From the NCBI GenBank assembly GCA_963696805.1, contig CAVOLF010000009.1, forward strand, positions 120 through 64,119: a stretch of DNA of 64,000 nt, read 5' to 3'. Position 1 is the first letter of the stretch; every line of letters begins with the position of its first letter. The translations under genes were made by a program, and so were the position numbers. This DNA is from an uncultured Rikenellaceae bacterium. Its GTDB lineage: Bacteria; Bacteroidota; Bacteroidia; Bacteroidales; VadinHA17. The notes beneath the pieces are model-generated. The model was not told the origin of the DNA. It searched no databases and saw nothing but the letters and a program-made list of their open reading frames with translations. Positions 23,566 to 33,287 of the stretch are shown here, one piece after another.

Positions 23566-26309
23566 TTATCTGGTCAATACTATCTTTTCAAGATATCTTT
23601 TTGGTCCGACCGTGACCTCCACTATAAGAAGGCCCCCGGCAGATGACATATAATACTCTTTCAGCTCCCCGGAGTTGAAACGCTCGTCATTTTCGGCAAC
23701 AAGCATCCTTCCGGTTATATCGAAGATCCTTACCTTTCCGCTGATGCCATCCCAGTCGGGACCCTGAGGCAGAATACATACTTTTCCGGATGAGGAGTAA
23801 ATTTTCAGGGAGCTGCCCTCCTGTCCGGGTTCATTCCTGAGTCACTGCGGATTTTTCAACAGGTGAGATTGTCAGGGTGAACCTGTCGGAGAATGTCCCT
23901 TCCGGCAGGGAGAAGGAGTATTCCGACCAGGCAAGGAGGTCCACGCTCTTGCCTGCCAGGCGGTCAGTAAGGATGATATTGTAATTTCCTATTGCCTGCA
24001 GCTGGCTTCTTTTGATCTTGAAAGTGCCGGCTTCAGGGTATGATTGACCGTAAGCGGGATGACTGTCGCTTTCTCAGGCCAGGGGATGGAGTTGATCGAG
24101 TACTTTTCTCCCCCAGAACGGAGAATAGCTTAGCGCTTTTTACGACCGGATTGAAGATCTTACCCGCATCGAACTCGATGATCGAAACCAGTGGTGGCGG
24201 CAGGGTCAAACCTGATGACCATCTCATCCTGTGATGACGATGAACCAGTGCAGCCTCAGCAGGGGTATCTGCTGTGATGATTTGAACCTGGGTGTTGCAT
24301 TATGTTCACGGGCGTTGTCGGGAATGTTGAGCCAGGTGCCTGTGGCGCGGGTTTTTACGAAGAAACCCTGCATCGGCGGCAGGTGTGCCGTGCCTCCGTT
24401 GGTCCCGACGCCGTTGACGTATGATGCCTCGCCGGTTTCGGTGCGGATGTAATAGGCATCCCTGACGTTGCTGTCGGAGAACGGTGACTGCATCCCAGTT
24501 GATGCCGCAGGTGAGGGAGTTGCCGAGCAGTGAATAACCGTAGAGCGAGGTGTCTCCGCCCGAGCCGCTGAACGGAAGGTTTATCTGTCCGAGGGATGTG
24601 GTAAGCGACTTAAGGTTCGCGTAGATCATTGTTGCGTCCTCGAAGACAAGGACATTGTATCCTTTTTTGGCCTCAAGGTTACTGAACGGGGTTGTTCCGT
24701 CATAACCGTCGTGCCACTGCCATCCTTCGACCACACTGGTAAGCACCTTGCTCTCATCATAGCTCAGCAGGTTCTCCGGCTCGATGTCGGTGAACACTGT
24801 CTTGGAGACAGTGGCCGGGGAGGCAATATAGTGCCATCTGTCGATCTCCGGGGGGGCGCTCTTGAGGAAGAGCGCCACATTGAGGTTGCCCGCTGCTCCC
24901 GTGTAGCTGTCAGTGAGCAGCGACGCCATGGCGGTCTCGTCTGCACGGAGCTCAACGGTGCCATTATTTGTAAGTGATGTGAAGGTCACCCTGGCCCCGG
25001 GCTCGACGATCATCCTCAGGCCGGCATTCAATGTGAAGGCAGGGCCGGGAACATTAACCGGGTAGTTTGCCAGTCCGGCAGGAATGACAACGTTCCTGGC
25101 TCCCGGAGGAAAGGTTCCATCCCAGTTCTTGGGATACGTCCACGATGTGCCGAAACTGCCGTTCCAGCGGCTGTATATCATCTCGTAGGCTCCCCTGTCA
25201 GGAATATGGATACGTGATGAACTGACGATGTCACTCGTTGGGATGGTGATGCCCGGATAGGTTTCTGCACCGCTGTCACGCAACAGGGATATAAATGCGA
25301 TGTTGAAGTTGCCGGTGGAAGGGTCGATGAAATTGGGTCCGTCAGCGGCACTGTTCACGCTGTTGAGAGTAAAGTTGCCGGCATATGAAGCGCCCTCTAT
25401 GGCATTGTATGCCAGTACAGACGACGGGGTGCCGTTCAGTCCCACATGGTTCGCACCGCCCCAGATAACAGTGTTGACAACGATTGCTGCCGGGGAGTTC
25501 TCAAGGTAGAGCGAGGTTCCATCACCGGCCGGAGAGGAGCTGTTGACTATGGTTGAGTTGACAATCCTTGGTGCCGCAGAGAGCGAAGCCACTGTTCCTC
25601 CCTTGAGGGTCAGTGATCCGGAGCTGTTGCCGCTGAAGAGGGAGTTCTCAATGAGAGGTGATGACCCTGCATCGGTATAAATGGCACCTCCCTGTATAAT
25701 CGCACTGTTATTCAGGAAGGTACAGGCAGAGATGGTGGGTGTGGCGCCGCTGATGACAGCGATAGCCCCGCCCCTTTCAGCGACACAGTTACGGAAGGTT
25801 GAGTTTGAGACAGTCACTGCTGACGATGCCAGACGCAGTCCTCCTCCGAGCAGACCAAACTTGAAGAAGTCTTTTCTGCCACTCTCATGAGTACAGTAGC
25901 TCAGCCGGCTGGTGCCGGATGAATTGATGTTGATGTTACCCCAGTATTCGCCGGGCTCACCGTTGATACCGTCGAGGTCGATGTCGCATGTGAAGAGGAT
26001 CGGGCTAGTCTTTGTTCCGACAGCCTGTATCTGGCCGGTGTTGGTAACAAATATGGAAGCTCTGCTCTGAACAGCTATGAGTGTTGCCCCGGCGCTGACA
26101 GTAAGGACCTCATTGTCAACGTATATGTTCCCATTGAAGTATTTCGTTCCGGAAATGGTAAAATTACCGGCGAGAAAACCGCTGTATGGATTTGCCATAG
26201 AGCCGTCTCCTACCAACTGCCCTGATAACGGCAATAATGACAGTAAGGACATACAGGTGAACAGAAAGCCACCTTTTATGCCAAGCCTTGCAAGTTGTCC
26301 TGTTTTCAT
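23566..26309 (-). CDS. T9SS type A cargo with parallel beta-helix / choice-of-anchor-like repeats; frameshifts in ~23820-24490
   Basis: Start MKTGQ with signal peptide (LSG-Q); FRNCVAERGGAI and FLNNSA..GGAIY repeats, IVNSTIVN, GPNFIDP...DRGAYE; PMQGFFVK; C-terminal KIYSS...VRIFDITGRML...LLIVEV...KIVLTR* with stop at 23566-23568. Confidence 0.75.
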
Positions 26310-26365
26310 CCTTAAATAGATAGCCCTGTATTTTCTTATATAACTGATAGAATCCGAAATTGTTG

Positions 26366-26460
26366 CAAAAGTAAGAATTCTCTCCTCTCCGGCAATAGCT
26401 GTGCCGGTCAATTAAGAACAATTGCATAGGAGTTATGAATAGCTCTTCTTGCTATCTTTG
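26366..26460. promoter_or_regulatory. Divergent sigma70 promoters (T9SS cargo gene / ABC exporter)
   Basis: TACTTTTG on the minus strand at 26366-26373 and TATCTTTG on the plus strand at 26453-26460. Confidence 0.55.
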
Positions 26461-26477
26461 TGAATATCACTGTTAAG

Positions 26478-28274
26478 ATGAAGCTGCAGCGGAAGATCAT
26501 ATCACGTTCACTCACGATGCTTATGAAAAGCTCCCGCACGGAGACGGCGGCAAGCCTTATAATTCTCATTGTCAGGTCATTTCTTCCCCTGGTTGCACTT
26601 TTTCTGATAAGATTTTTTGTTGACGCTATAACAGGTACCGCAGGCGAGGCCGCGGTCTCATCGACAGAAGCCTCATCACCAGCCGGGTTCACCTGGCTCA
26701 TACTGGCCATGGCGATGGTACTGCTTGCCGACGACCTGCTGTCGTATGCCGGGCACTACCTGGCAAAGAGACACTCATACCTGGTTGAGGGGCATATTTC
26801 ATCACTGATACACAACCATGCCAACAGCCTGGGGTTAAGGTTCTTTGAGGATCCGCTCTTCCATGACAGGCTGGCGAGGGCTGCGACGGACATCTCGTGG
26901 AGGCCCGCGGCGATGATCAATGACCTGGTCCTTCTGATGCGCGGGGTGGTCTCATTCATTGCGATGGGATATGTACTGAGGACCTTTGGCATTATCCCTC
27001 TGGCAGTGCTGGTAGTTGTATTCATCCCGGTTCTCCTGATCAGGTCGCGCTATTCCGAAAGGATCTATCGCACAAGAAAGAGAACCACCGAGGACAACCG
27101 TCAGGCGTCATACTTCAGCTGGCTCCTGACGGGAGAGAAGCCGGCGAGGGAGGTTAGGCTCTTTGATCTGGGGGGCTATTTTGAGAGACTGTTCCGTAAA
27201 CACTTCAGCGCCTCACGGGAGCCCGAGATTACTGATGCCGGAAAGAGCATCATCCCTGACAGCATTGCTTCAGTTTTAAAGATGGCGGCCTTTGCCGGCG
27301 TGCTTGTTTATGCCACCACCTCTTACCTGAGATCGTCCATCACTGCTGGCGAACTGGCAATGTATGTGGTTGCCTTCAGGCAGGCACTGGTATACCTTCG
27401 TGACACGGTCACCGGTTACTCGGGACTGGCGGAGAACAGCCTCTTTTTGCAGGACCTGTTCCGGTTCCTTGATATGCAGAGCGATATGGCAGGTGGGGAG
27501 AAGGCGCCGGAACCTGTCTCATTCAGCGATATCACCGTCGAAAACATGACCTTCACCTATCCGGGGGCTTCAGGACCGGCCTTGCAGGATATCAGCCTGA
27601 AGATAACCAGGGGCGAAAAGGTGGCTGTTGTAGGGCCGAACGGGTCGGGCAAGACCACGCTGGTCAAACTTCTGTGCAGGCTTTATGACCCTGACAGCGG
27701 CCGAATCATGCTCAATGGCGGGAATATTGATGCAATTGATCCTTCCGGTTACCGAAGACTGTTTTCAGTTGTTTTTCAGGACTTCATGCTTTATTTTCTG
27801 AGCGCGGGAGACAACATCCGGCTGGGGGCGGCAGACGGAAACGAAGACCCGGAGCGTCTCAGGGATGCGGCTGCCAGGGCCGGGCTGGCCAGCCTGCTTG
27901 AGAACCTCCCGGAGGGTTATGAGACCCTCCTCGGTCATCATACAGAGGGGGGGCGTGAGCTCAGCTGGGGCGAGTGGCAGAAGATTGCCATTGCCAGGGC
28001 TATTTACCGCGAGGCACCGGTGCTGATCCTTGATGAACCGTCATCGTCGCTTGATGCCGACTCAGAGTACGAAATATTCTCTGATCTGGGTAAGATCACT
28101 GCAGGGAGAACATGTATCTTCATCAGCCACAGGCTTTCAAACGTCAGGGAGGCTGACAGGATCATAGTCCTCGATCAGGGGCGGATCGCAGAATCGGGGA
28201 CTCATGAGGAGCTGATGACAGCCCGTGGCAGGTATTTTTCGATGTTCACCAGGCAGAAATCGATGTACAGGTGA
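26478..28274 (+). CDS. ABC exporter (fused TMD + NBD, no C39 peptidase domain), peptide-exporter type
   Basis: Multiple TM helices, REVRLF, Walker A GPNGSGKT, VVFQDF, LSWGEWQKIAIARA, LILDEP, ISHRLS. Confidence 0.9.
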   Translation: MKLQRKIISRSLTMLMKSSRTETAASLIILIVRSFLPLVALFLIRFFVDAITGTAGEAAVSSTEASSPAGFTWLILAMAMVLLADDLLSYAGHYLAKRHSYLVEGHISSLIHNHANSLGLRFFEDPLFHDRLARAATDISWRPAAMINDLVLLMRGVVSFIAMGYVLRTFGIIPLAVLVVVFIPVLLIRSRYSERIYRTRKRTTEDNRQASYFSWLLTGEKPAREVRLFDLGGYFERLFRKHFSASREPEITDAGKSIIPDSIASVLKMAAFAGVLVYATTSYLRSSITAGELAMYVVAFRQALVYLRDTVTGYSGLAENSLFLQDLFRFLDMQSDMAGGEKAPEPVSFSDITVENMTFTYPGASGPALQDISLKITRGEKVAVVGPNGSGKTTLVKLLCRLYDPDSGRIMLNGGNIDAIDPSGYRRLFSVVFQDFMLYFLSAGDNIRLGAADGNEDPERLRDAAARAGLASLLENLPEGYETLLGHHTEGGRELSWGEWQKIAIARAIYREAPVLILDEPSSSLDADSEYEIFSDLGKITAGRTCIFISHRLSNVREADRIIVLDQGRIAESGTHEELMTARGRYFSMFTRQKSMYR

Positions 28275-29738
28275 TGGAAGCAACCGATACACCCGGGGAT
28301 ACTGCCGACAAAAGCAAGGAGAGGCTTGCCAGCGATAACCGGAAGAGGGCATCTGGCGATATGACAGAATGTACGCCAGGCGACAGCCGTGAGAGGGAAG
28401 CCTCCCCTAAGGATGAAACAGTTACAGGCAACAACCGGGAGCAGACCGCCGGAAGTCACCTGACGGGCACAGATGATATTAACCGGGCGAAGGCAGCCAG
28501 CCTGCTCCTGCTGCTGAGCAGGGTTGAATTCACTGATGAGGAAAAGCTGCGTTTAAGGCAGGAATGCAAATTTTTCGACATATGGAAGCTGTTCACCCAC
28601 CTGGCTGTAAGGCACGGTGTGGCAGCGCTGATATGGCAGAACATATGTGATCTTTCCCTTGACGGGCATGTGCCGGGGCCTGAACAGACAATTCTTGAAG
28701 GATTAAGGTTAAAGTCGATTGCCAGGGTGGCATACATCACCAATACAGCCGCAGAGGCGGTTGATATTCTTGAGAAGAACGGGATAAGGGTTCTTCTGCT
28801 CAAGGGACTTGCCCTGGAGCATACGGTTTACGGCTCGAGGGGACTGAGGCAGATGAGTGATGCAGACCTGCTTGTCGCTCCGCGCGATGCGCTGAGAGCA
28901 CGGGATATACTTGCCGGTGCCGGCTTTGCATCGATGCCCATGAAGTCACGATTATACAGACACATAATGCTTGACCTGGGCAACCACCTTCCCGAGATGC
29001 ACCGGGGAGGGATATCGGTTGACCTCCATTACCGTCTCTTCGGGACAGAAGGCGAAGAGATGGTCAGCAGGGCGATAAGGGAGGCCGAGAGAATCTCAGC
29101 CGGAGGAAAGACTTTCCATGTACTGCCTCCGGTGTCATCGTTCCTGGGGCTGGTCAGCCATATTTACAAGCATGAGGTCAAGGGAGAGTTTCAACTGAGG
29201 CTCTACGCAGATATATATCTTCTCCTTAAAAAGCACGGAAGCGTGATCATCAATAACGAACTGATGACGGCAGCGGAACAGGCTGGCATTCCTTCTGAAG
29301 TCCGGGTGGTTATGACCGTTATGGAGCAGGTATGGGGCCTTGATCTGCCCGGAGAGACGAAAGCCCGACCCGGGGAGTTGAAGGCCCTGCCGGCGGAGAT
29401 GAAAGCCCGACCGGGAGGTGAAGGCCCTGCCGGCGGAGATGAAAGCCATGCCAGGGGAGGAGCAGAGAAAAGCCGACCGTTTCATGCATGATCTGATGTA
29501 CCCGGGACTTATCACTCCTGAGAGCCAGCGTGAAATGTTCACCAGGAACCTGCATTCCATGAAGGGATTTAAGAAGAAACTGATATTCATTACCGGCGAT
29601 ATTTTCCCCTCGGTTGATTTCATGAAGCGAAGGTACGGATCCCGGTCAACCCTCTCAGCCCTGTTGCGTTATCCGCACAGGTTCGGCAAGCTGTTTTGGA
29701 TTTTTAGTCCCGAAAGAGGCCATAAACGGGACAAATAA
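28274..29738 (+). CDS. Uncharacterised nucleotidyltransferase (NTP_transf_5-like), frameshift within a tandem repeat at ~29410
   Basis: LLLKGLAL, RQMSDADLLV and VDLHYRL motifs; C-terminal IFPSVDFMKRRY; start overlaps the ABC stop (TGATG). Confidence 0.8.
29346..29460 (+). repeat. 42-bp (2 x 21-bp) coding tandem repeat
   Basis: GAAAGCCCGACC..GG(A)G.TGAAGGCCCTGCCGGCGGAGAT repeated; encodes KARPGELKALPAEM. Confidence 0.8.
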
Positions 29739-29766
29739 TACGAAAATCAAAATTTTAGTAAAATTC

Positions 29767-29810
29767 TTCTCAATTTATTTGCTAATTGAGAAAATATTTT
29801 TTTAATTTTA
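29767..29810 (+). promoter_or_regulatory. Sigma70-like promoter overlapped by a perfect 9-bp inverted repeat
   Basis: TTTG(29778-81)-N21-TAATTTTA(29803-10); TTCTCAATT-N8-AATTGAGAA at 29767-29792. Confidence 0.45.
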
Positions 29811-29814
29811 CTTT

Positions 29815-30040
29815 AGTCAACTTTTTTTTAGTCAATGTCATGTAAGGCTTATTGTCAGATGTTATTTAAAACGCGACAGAATGGAAACTACTCGTCTGAA
29901 GTCTACGGTTGAATAGCGCTCAAAGGGGAAAAGGCGCTTCATTAGCGCGTCTCGCTGCATGATTCGTCTCTTCCGGCGGGAAAGGTTGTATTCATTGTCG
30001 CTTTGCTGCCCCGGATCGAAAAGGTCCGGGGCAGTTTTCT
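29815..30040 (+). ncRNA. Candidate ~220-nt small RNA or small-ORF transcript
   Basis: Bracketed by a promoter-like element and an intrinsic terminator; no long ORF (25-aa sORF at 29835..29912). Confidence 0.35.
30006..30040 (+). terminator. Rho-independent terminator
   Basis: CTGCCCCGGATC-gaaaa-GGTCCGGGGCAG followed by TTTTCT. Confidence 0.75.
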
Positions 30041-30100
30041 GCTCTGCCTGTTCCGCGCCTTTGCTTCAAAAGCATTACTTTTGCACAAAGAGCCGATGAG

Positions 30101-31570
30101 ATGAAAAGAGCACTCTATCTACATAACACCCTTACGCGCAGGAAAGAACTGTTTGAGCCGCTGGCTCCTCCCTTCGTCGGCATGTATGTCTGCGGTCCGA
30201 CGGTCTACAGTGAGGTGCACCTGGGTCATGCCCGTCCTACCGTGACCTTCGACGTGCTCTACAGGTACCTCATGCACCTGGGTTATAAGGTGCGGTATGT
30301 ACGCAATATTACGGATGTCGGGCACCTGGAGAATGAAGTTGATGACTCCGGTGAGGACAAGATAAGCCGCAGGGCCCGCCAGGAGAACATGGAGCCGATG
30401 GAGATAGTCCAGAAGTACATGAACAGCTATCATACGGCCATGGATAAGCTCAACACTCTGGCCCCGTCGATAGAACCCCGGGCAACAGGGCATATCATTG
30501 AACAGCAGCAACTGGCCGGGAAGCTGATCAAAAGCGGGTATGCGTACGAATCGAACGGCTCGGTCTATTTTGATGTTGAGAAGTATGACAATGAGCATTC
30601 GTACGGTATCCTTTCGGGCAGGGTACTTGAGGATATGCGTGCCAACAGCCGCCCCCTGGAGGGGCAGGATGAGAAGCGCGGCCAGTTTGACTTCGCCCTG
30701 TGGAAAAAAGCCTCTCCCGGCCATATAATGAGATGGCCCTCCCAATGGAGCGACGGTTTCCCGGGATGGCACCTCGAGTGCTCGGTGATGAGCACCAAGT
30801 ACCTGGGTGACACCTTTGACATCCACGGCGGCGGAATGGATCTTATATTCCCCCACCACGAGTGTGAGATTGCCCAGAGCACTGCAGCACAGGGTCACCA
30901 GCCGGTGCGTTACTGGGTGCATAACAACATGGTCACCATCAACGGCCAGAAGATGGCGAGGTCACTTGGCAACTTCATCACCCTCGAGGAACTCTTCACC
31001 GGCTCGCATAAGCTGCTCGTGCAGGCCTACTCGCCGATGACCATCCGCTTCTTCATGCTCCAGGCGCACTACCGCAGTACACTCGACTTCAGCAATGAGG
31101 CCCTGCTGGCGGCATCACTGGGACTGCAGAAGCTTCTCTCTGCGGAGCGCACCCTGGCGAACCTCAGTCCTTCTGACGCATCAACCGCAGACACAGGAGG
31201 CATTGCACAAAAGTGTTATGAGGCCATGGGTGACGACCTGAACACGCCGGTAGCTATAGCCCAGCTCTTTGATGCCGTCAGGATCATCAACCTGGTTAAT
31301 GACGGCAAGGAGCGACTGACAGCGGCTGACATCGATTCGCTTAAGGAGCTTTTCAGGATATTCGTTCATGAGCTCTTCGGCCTCAGGCCCGAGGAGACTG
31401 TGGGAAATGACAAGCTTGCTGGGGTGCTGACCCTGCTGCTCGATATGAGGCAGGAGGCCAAGGCCAGAAAGGAGTGGAGCGTCTCGGACCGTATCCGCGA
31501 CAGGCTGAGCGAACTTGGCATCACGGTGAAGGACCGCAAGGATGGTTATGACTGGGAGATAACGATGTGA
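30101..31570 (+). CDS. cysS: Cysteine--tRNA ligase
   Basis: [15 protein letters not shown] (HIGH), [28 protein letters not shown] (KMSKS); TACTTTTG box at 30076-30083. Confidence 0.97.
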   Translation: MKRALYLHNTLTRRKELFEPLAPPFVGMYVCGPTVYSEVHLGHARPTVTFDVLYRYLMHLGYKVRYVRNITDVGHLENEVDDSGEDKISRRARQENMEPMEIVQKYMNSYHTAMDKLNTLAPSIEPRATGHIIEQQQLAGKLIKSGYAYESNGSVYFDVEKYDNEHSYGILSGRVLEDMRANSRPLEGQDEKRGQFDFALWKKASPGHIMRWPSQWSDGFPGWHLECSVMSTKYLGDTFDIHGGGMDLIFPHHECEIAQSTAAQGHQPVRYWVHNNMVTINGQKMARSLGNFITLEELFTGSHKLLVQAYSPMTIRFFMLQAHYRSTLDFSNEALLAASLGLQKLLSAERTLANLSPSDASTADTGGIAQKCYEAMGDDLNTPVAIAQLFDAVRIINLVNDGKERLTAADIDSLKELFRIFVHELFGLRPEETVGNDKLAGVLTLLLDMRQEAKARKEWSVSDRIRDRLSELGITVKDRKDGYDWEITM

Positions 31571-33263
31571 AAGTTATTCACTACAGATCAGAGGTTATTA
31601 AGATCGGCAGCCTGACGCTGGGAGGAGATCTCCCGGTGCGTGTTCAGAGCATGACCAGCACCGACACCCTTGACACTGCCGGAAGCGTCAGCCAGTGCAT
31701 CCGTATCATCGAAGCCGGAGGTGAGCTGGTGAGACTGACGGCACAGGGTGTCAGGGAGGCGGAGAACCTCGCAGTCATAAAAAGTGAACTGCGTAAGGCT
31801 GGCTTCGATACTCCGCTCTGCGCCGATATCCACTTCAATCCCGCTGCGGCCGAGGTGGCTGCGCGTATAGTCGAAAAGGTGCGGATCAATCCCGGCAACT
31901 ATGCCGACAAGAGGGCTTCATTCATCAGGCAGGAGCTCTCTGAGATTGAATACCTGGCTGAGCTGGAACGCATCAGGGAACGGCTGTTGCCCCTTATGCA
32001 CATATGCTCTGAGAACGGTACTGCAGTGCGCATCGGGGTGAACCACGGCTCACTCTCCGACCGCATCATGACACGGTACGGCAACACGCCGGAGGGGATG
32101 GCCGTCTCGGCCATCGAGTTCCTGAAGATCTTCAGGGATGAGGGCTTCCGCAACCTGGTGGTCTCGATGAAGTCGTCAGACACCCGCGTGATGGTTGAGT
32201 CAAACCGTCTTCTTGTCAGGATGATGGCTGAGGAGGGGATGCGGTTCCCGGTTCATCTCGGCATTACTGAGGCCGGGGAGGGCGAAGACGGCAGGATCAT
32301 CTCGGCTGCCGGTATCGGAACCCTACTCTCGGAGGGCATCGGCGACACGATAAGGGTCTCTCTCTCAGAAGCACCGGAGAGGGAGATTCCTGTTGCCAGG
32401 GAGATCATCAGCGCCGTGGCCGGTCCGGCAGGGAGGGTGAAGACACCCTCATCCCCGCTACCGCAAAGAAAGGACGGTGAACGTTATTACCCGCAGGTAT
32501 ATTACGAGCGGGGGGGCAACCTTTCCAAGGAGAGGGCTGGCGGTATCCGGAATAAGAAGGGCAGCAGTCTCCCGAATGAGCAGGGGGCAGTCTCCCGAAT
32601 GAGCAGGGCGGCATCTTTGTTACTGATCAGGATGGCATTTTTATCGATGAACAGGGAGGTATGCATGAGGTTGAGGTGGTGACGCTGGAGGCGGATGAGC
32701 TGAAGCGCTGCTGTCATCTGCAGGCATACAACGCAATACTTAATCCCCTCTTCAATGAGGATGATCCTGAGAGGCTTGCCATTGATGCGGCATCACTGCT
32801 GGGCAGGTTCTTCATAGCCCGCCAGCCTGCAGGGTTATGCATAAACAACAGGGGGGCAGTTCAGGGAGAGGTCCTCCGCAGGCTTGCCTTCTCCATCCTC
32901 CAGGCCACAGAAGCACGCATAACACGCACAAGGTATATCTCATGCCCCACCTGCGGACGTACAAAATTCAATCTTGAGGAGGCTGTTCGCAGGGTCAAGG
33001 CCGGCACGTCACATCTAACCGGCATGAAGATAGCAGTGATGGGTTGCATAGTCAATGGTCCGGGTGAGATGGCCGGTGCCGACTACGGCTATGTAGGCGC
33101 GGCTGAGGGGAAGGTGCATATTTACCGCGGCACCGAGGTAGTGCTGAAGAATGTCCCGGAGGCCACGGCGCTCGCCAGATTACTGGAACTTATTGAGAGC
33201 GATCAGGCAACTGAGAGCAAACAGGCAAGTGACCCGGTAAGCAAGAGCAACCGGGCCAGGTGA
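31567..33263 (+). CDS. ispG: (E)-4-hydroxy-3-methylbut-2-enyl-diphosphate synthase, frameshifted in a repeat-rich insert (~32500-32660)
   Basis: [44 protein letters not shown]; C-terminal ISCPTCGRT and [11 protein letters not shown]. Confidence 0.93.
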
Positions 33264-33287
33264 GGCAAGTCAGGGAGGTAATAGCGA

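Noticed and set aside
31567-33263. ispG (and other broken genes) as true pseudogenes or programmed frameshifts
   Set aside because: Catalytic motifs are intact on both sides and indels are widespread in the window; sequencing error is the simpler explanation.
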